A stretch of DNA of 62,076 nucleotides, counting the filler, from Dugesia japonica (lineage: Eukaryota): assembly GCA_001938525.1 (NCBI GenBank). It is 6 parts of 6 records of this genome, joined end to end, with 100 filler letters (N's around TTAATTAATTAA, not from the genome) between each part and the next. Parts side by side here need not be neighbours in the genome. Positions count along the whole stretch, not along the records: positions 1 to 10,216 come from MQRL01613935.1; positions 10,317 to 19,208 come from MQRL01572096.1; 4 more parts are not named here. One strand, given 5' to 3'. Position 1 is the first letter of the stretch; every line of letters starts with the position of its first letter. Of this stretch, positions 1-12,970 are shown piece after piece. The notes beneath the pieces are model-generated. The model had not been told where the DNA came from and did no database searches. It saw nothing but the letters and a program-made list of their open reading frames with translations. The position numbers and the translations under genes were made by a program.

Positions 1-3000
1 CCTAGTCTTGCTTAGGCAATGCCATAAGAACCATATACTTACCGTACTGATCGATTATTCCAAGAATGTATTTTTTCGTCCACTTGTTTCCCGCATTGGC
101 CTACATATATATGTGAATATGACTTCAAACAAATTGGTAGCTTCTAATCTCTTTTTCTTATCTTTAGTTGTTGTTGTCACCACTTTAGTCTTCTGACAAA
201 TTCCACAACTACGTACTATCTTATGTATTTGGCTCCACAAATTCTTCGCAATATATTTGTCTCTCATATATTCGTAAGTCTTTTCAACTCATGCATGACA
301 TAATCATTTATGTATTTCTTCGATTGTCTCATGTATTTTGTCATTTGAAATTTCCATTTTCTTGCTTAAATTTGTTTCCTCAGAAATGTTTAATTGTTAT
401 TCTTTTTTCTTTTCAATTATGTTCAGTATTCTTGTTTTAATCTTCTTTTTCTTGACATCTTTATGTGACATTTGGCATTGTACACATACCTCGCATCTTG
501 ATCTAGATAACATATCTGCATCAGCATGTTGAATTTCTTTTCTATATTCCAAAACCATCTCTAACTTACTCAGATAATTAATCCATGCCTGGAATTATGA
601 CGTATTTGTTTTATTCGTCGTCATCATGAAGGTTAGCGCTTTATGATCTGTTCTAAGAGAATATCTTCTACCGTACAAGTAATGTTTGAAATGCATACAA
701 AAATAATAAACAGATATTAAGTTCTTTCGAGTAATGCATTATCCTTTTCATTAAGTGTGATCCATACGCAACAACTCTTTCTCTTCCTTCTTTATCTCTC
801 TGTGACAATACTGCTCCAATTGTATCANNNNNNNNNNNNNNNNNNNNNNNNNNNNNNNNNNNNNNNNNNNNNNNNNNNNNNNNNNNNNGAGATTTCTTCA
901 GACCCTCAAAAGTATCGTTTATTTTATCTGTCCATTCTAATTTCTTGTTGCTTGGTCTGCTACACAACTGTTCTAAGATTCTTGATTTTATTGCGTAGTT
1001 TTCTTTAAGTTTTCTGTAATAATTACAAATTCCAAAGACACTTTGTAACTTCTTCACACAGTTAGGTTTGTCAAATGCTCTTATAGCTTCTATTTTAGAC
1101 GGGCCAGTTCTAACAGTATCTCTGCTAATTATGTGTCCAAGAAATTTGAATTCGTTTTGAAGAAACTGACACTTTTCCGGATTAATTCTTAAACTAGTCT
1201 TCATTATTTCCATCAATACTCTGTCAATTACTTCATAGTGTTGATCTTGATTGTTCATAAATATCAGAATATTATCAAGATAAACCATGGCTTCATTGAT
1301 TCCGCCTACCATTTTGTCATAATCTCTTGAAATGTCCCTGGTGCTGATGCGATAACAAATGGCATTCTATTAAAATAATATTGTCCGTGTTTTGTTAAAA
1401 AAGCCGTTTTTTATTGTGATTTTTCTTCGAGCACTACCTAATAGTACGCATTTCAAAAGTCTATTGAACTGAAATATTTGGCTCCATATAACTTGTCCAG
1501 CATTTCATCGACATTAGGAATTGGAGGGGCTTGTCTGAAATCCAAATATATTCTTATAACTTTCTTTTCTTTTTTCCAAACACAAATCAATGTGGTATTT
1601 TAAGGAGAATCAAATTTCCGGATAATATTTTTCTCGAAAAAGTTTTGGATAGCTTCTTCAATTTTAGATTCTAAGTTCATTGGTTGTTTATACGGTTTTA
1701 CATTAAGTGGTTCACCACTTGTGATTATTTTGTGTCTTTTTAGATGTGTGTGTCCTACATCCCAATTATCTGCCATAAAAGCATCTTCTTTACTTTCAAA
1801 AATTTTCAATAACCGTTAATTCTCTTTAATCTTAAAAATATTTAAAGCTCTTGTCAATCGCTCTTCTTTTTTAATTTGTCTTCTGAATTTCGCTTCAATA
1901 TAACAAATGTAATTTTCTACTTTTCAACCGTTTTGTTGTTAACCTTTCGCATAGCTGATATCCAAAAATCTTCTGCATATCTATTCCTCCTATTAGATCT
2001 GGTATCACTCTTTTGGAAAATCATCAACTCTAATTTAAACTTTTCCAACATTTTTAAGTGTACTATTATTTGCACAAAGCAATCTTTCATCACTCATTTC
2101 TAAATTTACTACNCGTAATTTATTAAAACAACTCAAACTCATCACGTTAATTCTAGGCCCTGTATCTAATAAACATTCTACTTTGTTTCTTTGAATTGAT
2201 ACCGTAACACTTGGTCTGCCTTGCAATTTAGGGTACGAAATATTTGTTTTCTGTTCTGCTTCAATTGTTCTTACCCATTCTACTTTTCTATCATCTGCAA
2301 AATATTCCCTCTTTAAGAACCTGTATACTTTTTTTGTAACTTTTCCTATATCATCCTACTTTTTGACCCCTTGAGGATAATTACTAACTTCATTTAACAA
2401 TCGCTGGCTCTAACCAACTCTTCTAATGTTGAAGCCCTGTCTTTTGGGTACTGCCTTTCAGAATCACTTTCATATACTTCCTCATATTCATCGTTTGTAT
2501 TAACATCGTCATCTTCAATCGCATGTACTCGATTATATTGGTTTCTTGATTTTTCTGCAGTCATAAATTTCTCGCTTGTTCTACTTCTTCTTCAACTTTT
2601 TTGTTATCTGAACAATATACTAGCATCTTTGCATCCATTTTTTCCTCAGTAAAATCTTTTTTTGTAAATAATCGTTTTACTAAATCTTTTACGTTTTTAA
2701 AATAAACTTGAATCTCTTCATTTCCACGCCTGTAGTTTATCAAATTTTGAAAATCTTTGATAACATCTTTCTCTTTCTCAAATGCCATACGTAAGAGAGC
2801 CTGAAAACTTTCAACTTTTTTAAACATCTTTAGATATTCTTCCAACTAATCTTCATCTAATAAACAAGAGACTAATCTCTCCTGTTGTTTTACATGGGTG
2901 ATGTTTTTAGCTTCAAAATACAATTCACATCGCTTGATGAATTTCTCAACATCATCTCCTCTGCAGAACACTTTTGGCGATAACCTCTTAGTAATAGAAT

Positions 3001-3082
3001 CGGTATTTACCGTTACTACCATGTTAGGTAAATCTTCAATTGGTAATTGGTTATTGAAATCAGAACTAATATTTTTAGACAT
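1..3082 (-). mobile_element. Degenerate Ty3/Gypsy LTR retrotransposon (gag-protease-RT-RNaseH-integrase N-terminus), running off the window edge
   Basis: Gag 2561-3082; protease LLDTG 2035-2226; RT 668-1809 (YLDNI with catalytic D->N, FLGHII, FGICNYYRK); RNase H IGAVLSQ...VVAYGS; integrase Zn-finger CGICQKTK 55-267. Many stops and frameshifts. Confidence 0.93.
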
Positions 3083-3212
3083 TATTTATTTTTCTACTTC
3101 TACTCTAAATTTAATAAAAGAAATGATAATTGAATAGTAGCTTAAAAATCTTTATCCAGATATAACTCAATTTCTATTGGCTCAAAAGTATTAAATAATA
3201 ATTATTTCCTCA

Positions 3213-3298
3213 TAATAATAATTATAATTATAATNNNNNNNNNNNNNNNNNNNNNNNNNNNNNNNNNNNNNNNNNNNNNNNNNNNNNNNNNNNNNNNN

Positions 3299-3363
<65 letters not shown>
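3213..3363. repeat. (AAT)n microsatellite spanning an N gap
   Basis: Directly visible AAT run. Similar runs at about 10482-10530, 12171-12216, 12916-12968, 19141-19208, 37853-37930 and 58749-58789. Confidence 0.95.
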
Positions 3364-4156
3364 TGTTATAATCATAACAATAATAAGTTTAATTTATATA
3401 TTTATATATTCTAGGAATTAATGTTTTTACTAAATGAATATGTTTTTTTATGTTGGAGCTTAATCAGGAATTCTTTTGAATGATGTTATTAATTTTTTGT
3501 TTGATTATTGGAGATTAAATTCATCTGAAGATATTTTTTTAATGTGTTTTCAATATTTCGTTTAATGTTGTTTTATTCAATGGTTCTTTGAATTTTGATA
3601 GAAAAATGGATTCATTTTGTTTAAATGTCTGAATATCAAAATAATAAATTATTTAAGTACAATGTGCGTGAAATTGTTATTTTATTTGTCACATAAATCA
3701 TTTTACAAGCCAAAAATAGTATTGTAAGGCAAAATTATCATTTTAGCTTCGTTTACAGTAATTAAAATTAAACTCATCTAGTAAAATTTATTGATTTTTG
3801 ATATTCATGAATATTTGTAATTTATTTATTTATTTATAATTTATAAACATGTATAATTTATTTATTAATAATCTTTATACATTTGTGATTGGTACAATAA
3901 AATAATTTTCAGCTAACAACCATTTAAAGAAATTATCGGAAGTGATGTAAAATAGCTTTCATAAAATTATGCATTTTCCTTTGACATCTTGTTAAAAATT
4001 GTTAATTTCGAATAATGAAACATAATATAAACATCACCTTTACTTGTGTCTTTTAAAAGCCATTTTTCTTCTCATACTTTCAACTTAAATGTCTTGAAAA
4101 TATGAAATATTATAACATGTCAAATATTTTCTCAGTATATATTCTAAGAAAATTAA

Positions 4157-6421
4157 TGTTGAGTTCGTAAAATTTCGAATCCATAAATATACGACAAAAT
4201 GGCAATATTTATTAAAATTTAAATTTATGCTTTTCTATTAAAATATATTATTTAAACAAAATGTTTAAAGTATATTTTTAATTTAGAATGTAATATGATT
4301 AAAAGTCATATTACATAACCCCCGACGTAGTTTGAANNNNNNNNNNNNNNNNNNNNNNNNNNNNNNNNNNNNNNNNNNNNNNNNNNNNTCTAATTCCGTC
4401 GATGTCAATTTCGAATGTCTTTAAATCTGTACTCCTGTGGATGATACGATATGGTCTTTCGTATGGTGATTGCAGGCTTGCTGGATTGGTTGCTCGGCGC
4501 CATACTTGATCACAATCTTTTAGAGAAGATGGAATGAAGATGGTTCTTTTTGCTATATTTAGTGGCTTTGGTTTCTCGAAACTTTGTATTGAAGATTAAA
4601 CATTTTCTTTTGTAATAGCAATTTCCATGTCTGTGGTTAGAATGATATCTTTTGGAAGGCGAGTTGATGAACCATAGACAAGTTGCGCTGGTGAGGCTTG
4701 TTGCCATGTTATTGTTGCATTTCTTAGTCCAAGCATGACTATATGCAAGTCAATGGATCATCTCCGTTTTGCAGTTGTACTATGTGTTCAAATAGCATTT
4801 TTTAGAGTTCGATGAAGTCTCTCAATTTTACCGTTACATTGTGAATGGTATGCTCTTGTGTTGCGGTGATCAATTCCGTATCTCTTGCACATTTCTTTGA
4901 ATTAATTTGAAATAAATTGTCTCCCTTGATCAGTAATTATGATTTCTGGTGGGCCAAATCTACCGATCCACACTTTTTTGACCGCATCTACAATAGCTTT
5001 TGTTGTTATCTCATTTAATGGTATGGCTTTAGGCCAAGATGTTTCATGATTGATCATCGTAAGAATAAATCGCTTTCTTTCACATTGGGGTAGAGGTCCG
5101 ACAATTTCCTTGTGCATCACTTTGAACCTTCTTAATTCAGGAAGACGTTTCAGTAGGGATTGGGTATGACGAGATATGCTTTGTGATTGACATCAGTGGC
5201 ATTGCCTCGTCCATTTTCGAAGGACTGATTTCATCTTTGGCCATACATACGATCTCGAATGAGATCTGTTCATTTCTTCTATTGGTAGAATGTAGCTGCT
5301 CCTAAAAATCTTCTTAGCAAGACGCCAGTTTTGAGGCGATACGAGTTTTGATTGGTTTTACTCCTTGTGAAGATATGTGGAATCCAAGAAAATCAACAGA
5401 CGTCATTCTGAATTTGCTTTTGGTTTCATTAATTTTAAGATTTTCTCTCGACAAAATTTCTTTAATAGTTTTTAAAAACGTTTTGTGGTCGCCAATTGAT
5501 TTAGAGAATATGATGATATCATCAAAATAGCATGCTGCAAAGCTTTTTGTGTGGTGAAGAATTGAGTCTATGTATTGCTGTAACATTTGTGAGGCATTTT
5601 TGAGTCTAACTGGCATTCTTGTATATTCAAAAAGACCAAAATGAGTGATACATTCTGTTTCTTTGAATATTTTCTGGATTAATCGGTATTTGATGATAAG
5701 CCTTCTCCAGGTCGATTGTCGAAAATATGCAGCTGTTTCTCAAACAATCTAAGATATTTGAAATACGAGGTAAAGGATACCTGTCAGGAATGGTAACTGC
5801 ATTTAGTAGTCGGTAGTAACAGCATGGGCGATAGGTATTATCTTGCTTTCTGAGAACAACCAAAGGAGATGCCTAGGCGCTTGTGCTTCTTCTGACAATT
5901 CCTTTTCTAGAAGTTTGTCAAATTCATGAAGAACTGTTTTAAGCATTGTTCCAGCTAGTCGTCGAGATTTTTGAGATATAGGTAGTCCAGTTGTCATGAT
6001 TCGAAGTTCTAGTTTGTGTTGTAGATTATAATTGTGCGCTGTTCTATTGGAATAATCATTCTTTTGCGATCCTTGAAAGGTTGCCAAAACTGACGGTAAG
6101 TTGGAGATAAGATGGAGGTACTTGAAATCTTCTCTTGATATCTTTAAATCCTGAAGATTGCTTCAACTTGCTTGAACCAGATTTATGGACATTTGAAGTA
6201 TTGTTGGAATTTCGTAGTTATTTGTTTGCTCTCATACAAACCACTTCTGACACCAGTGTTGCGTTCGTACAATTTTGAATCCATAAATATACGACAAAAT
6301 GGCAATATTTATTAAAATTCAAATTTTTGCTTTTCTATTAAAATATATTATTTAAACAAAATGAATTTGTTTAAAGTATATTTTTAATTTAGAATTTAAT
6401 ATGATTAAAAGTCATANTACA
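4157..6421 (-). mobile_element. Internally deleted Gypsy element with both LTRs, PBS, PPT-like tract and 5-bp TSD
   Basis: LTRs 4157-4315 and 6257-6421 (TGTT...TACA, near-identical); ATTAA on both flanks (4152-4156, 6422-6426). Gag N-terminus IWFKQVEAIF ~6100-6220; RT (PDRYPLP, IDLEKAYHQI, YFDDIII) 5314-6087; integrase (IVGPLP, IITDQGRQF) ~4400-5300. Confidence 0.95.
6241..6255 (-). promoter_or_regulatory. Primer-binding site complementary to tRNA-Leu 3' end
   Basis: Minus strand TGGTGTCAGAAGTGG lies 1 nt inside the 5' LTR and matches the conserved metazoan tRNA-Leu 3' end ...CCACTTCTGACACCA. Confidence 0.85.
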
Positions 6422-6887
6422 ATTAAAATAAATTTTTTTTATTTCTTATTAAGCTTCAAATAAATCAACTTTTATTTCATGATTTTTTAATTTTCTTTTA
6501 ATTTTTAAATTACTTTTATTATCTATTCCTTTTCACTGATTAATAATATGATATCAAATTTATAAATATTTGAAAAATCCAATTTTATTTCAATTGAATT
6601 TAAACAAAACCTCGGTATTTATGTAAATATGAAATTGGTAAACGGAATGTCATAACAGTATTTTTTACCTAATTTTACAAATTAAAATGTTGAATAGCTA
6701 GTTATCTCTCATTTTTTTCTATTTCTAATTTAATTGGCATCGGTTTAATTGATAAAGTTTCGGTACTTTCTATAAACAAATTTTGTTTGGAAAATGCTAA
6801 TGATGTATTTGGAAAAGTTCAAACTTAATATAATCATTCTTTCAAATTATACAGTTAATAAAATAATTTTTAAATCAATACAAAGAG

Positions 6888-7073
6888 CATTGATTCTTAA
6901 CCAGTGGTCCGCAAATAATTATAATTACAATAATTTTATGTATATAATTATTATTTGATTCCAATAAATGAAACATTTGATCCACTGGAATCAATGTGTA
7001 TTAGTTCTGACACTCCGGATTGTTTCGTGTAATTAAATGTGCTCCGTCACCCTTAAAAGGTTAAGAACCACTG
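6888..7073. mobile_element. hAT (Charlie/Buster-like) MITE
   Basis: Imperfect TIRs CATTGATTCTTAACC / GGTTAAGAACCACTG; 8-bp flanks ACAAAGAG / ACATAGAA (6/8). Confidence 0.7.
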
Positions 7074-7365
7074 ACATAGAATATTGTATGAGAACATTTT
7101 TACGCTTAATTCATGTAAATTTAAAATCAACTTATTAGGAATACGATTCTAAATTTGAAATAATTTGAGGAAAACTGATACCAAAAATTGAATTGAGTAT
7201 TTTCATAAAATAGTATTCCAACAATCAAAGGTGAAACTATATGAAAAAATAATATCTGTAAATGATAAAAGTAAATTTATTTTTCTATATTTATTTATTC
7301 TAATGACTATCTACTTGAAATATTACTAAATTTCATTTTTTTAAACTTAGTCTTAAAACATTACA

Positions 7366-9570
7366 TGACTTATCGGAAAAAGTACCTACACTAAAACAGG
7401 AGGTGACAGAATTGCAAAAAATAATGGTTTAGATATCTAGAAATATAAAGAACAGAAGAAATAGATGTGGAGTGAATAACATAAGATCTAATAATGAAAG
7501 TCTGAATATTGGCCTATTTTTGAGAGATTGTAAAAAACCATTTGTGTGTAAAAAAAGCAAAAAGATTGGCTATTTAGATCGATTTCGCAGAACAAGAAAT
7601 ATGGAAAAGTCAGACATATTAATNAAAATTATAGTGAAAATATGGAATTCGACAAAATTAGATCAACTTCAATTAGATCAGAAATGTCCAGCACGGAAAC
7701 CAACCATGCTTTAAACGAAATAATTAAGAAAAACGCGAAACGAAAAAAGGACTTATGGATATGATATTGCAAAATGAAAATTTTGAACAATGTCGTGTTT
7801 ATCTGGAAGATGTATTGATATTTGGAAACTCATATAAACAACATTTCAGTCAATTCAAAGTAGTTTTAGCTAGAATAGAAGAATCTGAAGTTAAATTAAA
7901 ACCTGATAAATGTGATTTTTTGCTAAAGAAAGTTTCATATATGGAACATAAATTTCTGCAGAAAGTATATAAACAGAACCAATAAAGATAGAAAAGTTCG
8001 AAATTCGTCAGAACTAGGGTGTTACTCAAATCTACATTCATTTATAGCTTTCTGTAACTATTATAGAAAATTTATAAAATATTTTGCGTATGTCGTTCAA
8101 CCTTTAGAAGCTATTCCGAAAGAAGACAAACAAACAATAAATGAGAAATACAGCAAAAAACAAATAATTTTGAATCCTGAAGAAAAGGAAGAAAAGGAAG
8201 AACAAGTACTTCTAACAACAGCTCCAGTTCTAGCTTATCTTCTGATAGAAGTTTTGTCCATATTAGATATAGATGCAAGTCACAGTCATATTGGAGTATT
8301 CTTAATCTAAGTTCAAAATGGACATGATAAAGTTATCGCATATACGTCATCGAAGCTGACAAATTCTATGTCTATGTTTTTGTGAAACAATTTAAGCATT
8401 AATTTTTGGGGAGAAGTTTCAAAATAAGAACTGATCATAAGGCATTATTGTAGCTAAAAGTTGGAAAAATTCAAATACATCACAGTATTTTACTTGGATC
8501 ATGTAATTAGAGGAATACGATTTTGATATTGAACACCGACCTGGCAGATTACAAATAAACGCATAATATATGAGCCGACCGGAATGTGAACAATGTGAAC
8601 TCAGACATAATGGACCAAAAAAACTAAGAAATGTAAAACTGATCAATAAAGAAAATGATGAGAAGCTAATTATTCGACTTTTAAAAAATGATTTCACTTC
8701 TCAAAGAAAAAATAAAATAATGGAATATTATCATAACAACATAGGCCATTTAGAATTTATAAAGATAAACAAATTAATTCAGAATTATTATGACTGGAAG
8801 AATATGAGAAAAGAGATAATAAACTTTATTTAAAAGTGCATTCCATGCATAAATAAAAATGATGGAATAATTCCAATCTACATTCCTGAGATACATTTTT
8901 GGCTGATGAGGCATTTGAAAAAATATGCATAGATATCACAGAATGTAAAGTAAATTAATATATTTTATAAGTGATAGATGTTTTCTCAAGATATACCATG
9001 GTAATCTCTCTTAAAGGCATCAGATCGAAGCAAGTAATAAATAAATTATTTTAAAGATGTATCACTATCCTTGAAATGCCAAAAATTATTCACTCCAATA
9101 ATGGAAGTCAGTTTAAAAACCATTTCATAAAAGAATTTTGTAAAGTTCTTAAAATAAATTAAACCTTTGTAAGCCCATTCTATCATCAAGTAAACGGGTT
9201 GGTAGGAAGAATTTTTAATACTTCAAAAGTTAAAATTTATGCAACCAGCTTGAAATTTATCACAAATTGAATAAATGCTATATTATTTGTCGAAATAACT
9301 AAAAATGAATAACAAATAATGAAATAACTAATTATTCTCCCTATGAAATGGCTTTTGGCAAACAGTTTCAAGCTTATTTAAATAACGAACTGGTCAACTC
9401 GAAAAATCTGGATCAATATTTAGAGACTATTAGAGTAAATTTAGAAAGAATAAATCAAAATTTAAAAGCAAAACAGAATTTAATTATTAATAATAACTAT
9501 CAAATAAAAATTTGTAATATGGTAATGTTCAAATCAGAAAAAAAGCATGTAAAAGAATCGATCTACTCTC
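7366..9570 (+). mobile_element. Degenerate, internally deleted Gypsy element (gag remnant, RT, RNase H, integrase)
   Basis: Decayed Zn knuckle KKIGYLDRF; RT VYLEDVLIFG...LKPDKCDF 7755-7985; RNase H ILDIDAS ~8260; integrase YYHNNIGH..YYDWKNM 8570-8833; IHSNNGSQF ~9090; SPYEMAFG ~9340. Confidence 0.88.
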
Positions 9571-10216
9571 TTTCTGTTTTTCAACGAACCTTTTGTCCGA
9601 ATTGATTTTTTCACTAACAACCCACTTTTTTTGGTACATTAATTACTTTCAATAGTTGCCTAATCAAGTTCACTTACCTGACTTTGTCTTTTAGCTTATT
9701 TTAAAATTTAAAATTTTTTTTGCAAACATGCACTACTGAATTTTTAATATATCAATTGCAATTTTAAAAGCTATAATTAAATACAACAATTTTAGAAATC
9801 TTTTGAAAATATTTGAATAATATTGAGCATCATTCATAAACAAAACATACATACAAAATACATAAACCACGTAGTTTTGAATATATTAATAGAATATTTA
9901 ACTTTTGACCATTATTTTCAAATTGTATAAATGGTTTCTCATTTTTTAAATTATCTGCTTTCATAATTTTTTCTTTGAAATTTTTTAAAATAACTTTTAT
10001 TTAATGATTTTAAATTTTCATTAAAATGTTTAAAATTATCATCATTGAAGTTAAAAATTTTTAAATACATTTCTAGATAGATATAATCTTTCATTTAATT
10101 AATCTAAAGTAATATAAATTTGAAAATGTTTATATATAAAAGCAACTAATACATCAAATCAGATATTTTTAGTGTATTTGGCTTATTAAATGTACTTGGC
10201 TTGTTAAGTGTATTAT

Positions 10217-10316
10217 NNNNNNNNNNNNNNNNNNNNNNNNNNNNNNNNNNNNNNNNNNNNTTAATTAATTAANNNNNNNNNNNNNNNNNNNNNNNNNNNN
10301 NNNNNNNNNNNNNNNN
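10217..10316. other. Artificial assembly spacer (44N-TTAATTAATTAA-44N)
   Basis: Identical 100-bp construct repeated at 19209-19308, 30699-30798, 42038-42137 and 53145-53244. TTAATTAATTAA gives stop codons in all six frames. Confidence 0.95.
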
Positions 10317-11811
10317 TTAACAAATTGTTTTATTTATAAAATTTATCGTTAAGAAAATTGTTGACGTTAATTTATCTTGAACAATCTCCTTATCAATAAT
10401 TGTCAAATTTCTTCAAATCCCCCCCAATTTTATTGACATAATTAATGGACAACCTTTAATTGAATTTTCTAAACAGACTTATAATAATAATAATAATAAT
10501 ATAATAATAATAATAATTATTATTATTATTAATATTATTTTACTTAACTGTAGAAGTTTTTCATATTAACAACTCTTAAATTTTACGTATCCTCTTATTT
10601 TGTAAGCTTTTACTACACAGTGTTATTGAAACCATAATAATAAGCAAAGAAATAATAATCAAAGAAAAATTTTGTGCCATAGTGGATGGTACTCGTTTTA
10701 TATTCGCACTTGTTAGATGAGTTTGTTACACTCATCGTTGAATTCATAATACCAACGCTTTTAATTTCCAAACTTTATTACAACACAGTTCAACACAGAA
10801 AACATAACATTTTCAAATTATAAATTATTCCAAATTTTTAATTAAATNTTTCAGTTTTTTAATTATGTTTTAATAAAAAAGAAAATCGTTTTAAACTATT
10901 TTTGAAAATTAAATTAAATCATTTATTTAACCGTTTATATATCCATTATTAAAATACAACAAATTTATTAAATCTTAAAATCAAATTTAATTACCAAAAT
11001 TTAAATTTTAAAATTCATTCATCTATTTTATCAAAATAATTAAATTAAGTCATTAATTTCAAATTAATTAATTACTTTCCAAAATTTTTAATTTTCCAAC
11101 CTTATTCTATGAAGTTAAGTTAATTATTTATTTAATTATTTTCGTCAACAACTTCAGCCGAACTATCATAAAATTTAACTATCTCAAATCATACTTCCAA
11201 TACTATTTTTACATAAACTTTTAGTTTACTGGTATTTATTAAATATGTATTTATTAAATATGAATTAATTCAAGTATTAAATTAGAGAACTCTATTAGAA
11301 CGTTGACGTCACGTAATGTTTAAGGGATTTCAATTTTGACACTCTGAAATGATTATAGGATTGTCACCTATATATATTGTAGTTAATAATTTGACTCTAA
11401 TTCTATTAGTGATTCATATAATGGTGCAAATTTTTTGAAAATAGTAGATTTTATTCGACTAAAAATTTTAAAATATAGTTTAAGACAACCATAGGAAAAT
11501 TTGAGAAAACAGAGTCAAAAAGAATGTTCTTTTATCCTTAAATTTTTAGCTTAATCGTTTTAAAATTTGATGTTTAATAAGATATTTTAAATAAGATATT
11601 ATTTAAATATAACCTCTCAAGAATTATGACTTTAAAATCTGTAAAAACGAATTGATAAATCTCAAGAATTTAGTGTAATCATTAATTATTTTTATTAATT
11701 TAGTAAAAAATATTAGAAACTTTATTATTAATATTTTCAAAAATATTTGATTATTTATGAATAAAATTTTAATAGACAATATTGTTCTTAATAAATTTTC
11801 ATTAATAATAG

Positions 11812-12168
11812 GGAAATGAAAAACGAATCTTTTGCAAGTCAGAATTTAAGTAGATCAGAAACAATACAAGGCAGTGAAAGGACAAACCAAATTTATATGG
11901 GACCATGTTTATTTATTAATTCATTAAAATTAGAAGGAAAGAATATTGAAACTTCATCAGATTCACAAATTGAAATCAGAATGTTATTTAACGTAAATTA
12001 CAAATTAAAGAAAGAATATTCAATTGCATTCTTTTAATGTTTCAGGGATATGCAAAGGACAAATGTCTGGAAAATTTATCATTTCAAAATAGAGGAACAT
12101 CAATCATAAGATATTGGTGGAAAGTAATATAAAATTTAATTCAATTCTATAAAAACTGTAAATTATAA

Positions 12169-12220
<52 letters not shown>

Positions 12221-12911
12221 TATTAGAATAAATCTTTAATAATATTAATTTTTATTTAGAAATTGGATTCGTATGATCCTTTCAATTTAGAAAATAAAAA
12301 TACACGACGTTTTTATTTTAACACAGAAGATGGTAAGTTATATTTATAAGTTTTATAAATTACTGCTTAAAATTGAAAGCGTCTTTTTGTTTAACTTAAA
12401 TAGTGTTGTGAAAATCTCAATTCGGTTGGGATTTGTAAAAGACTATTTAAACTAGCTTCCTTAATTCACTAAATCTCACGAAAATATTTTTCATTTACAT
12501 TTTAAAACAAATTATTATTAACAATAAAAAATTTATTTGAATGCTTTATTAAATTTTAATTCCCAAAAAAAGTTGTAAAGAACCTAGAACCAACTGAGTG
12601 TGCAAACACATTCTAGAAAATCGCAGATGTTGCTTAAACAAACAGAAAATTAATATTCGGAAAAATAAATAACTAACAAAAAGATAATAAAAAAATATCA
12701 ATTTAATCAAAACAAATAATTCATGGAAAATTCAAGTTCACATATTTAATTTTTATTTGATTTTAAAAATGTAAATAAATAAATACTTTTACAAGTACAT
12801 TTTTCAAAATAATTTCATTACACTTTTTATTTAACAATTCTACTTTTATAAGTTCCTATTAAAAAAATATTTTAAAAATTAAAAAATTATTTACTTTAAA
12901 TAATTTTTAGA

Positions 12912-12970
<59 letters not shown>

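Noticed and set aside
10261-10272. TTAATTAATTAA as a biological palindrome or piggyBac target
   Set aside because: Always centred in exactly 44+44 Ns; an assembly linker.
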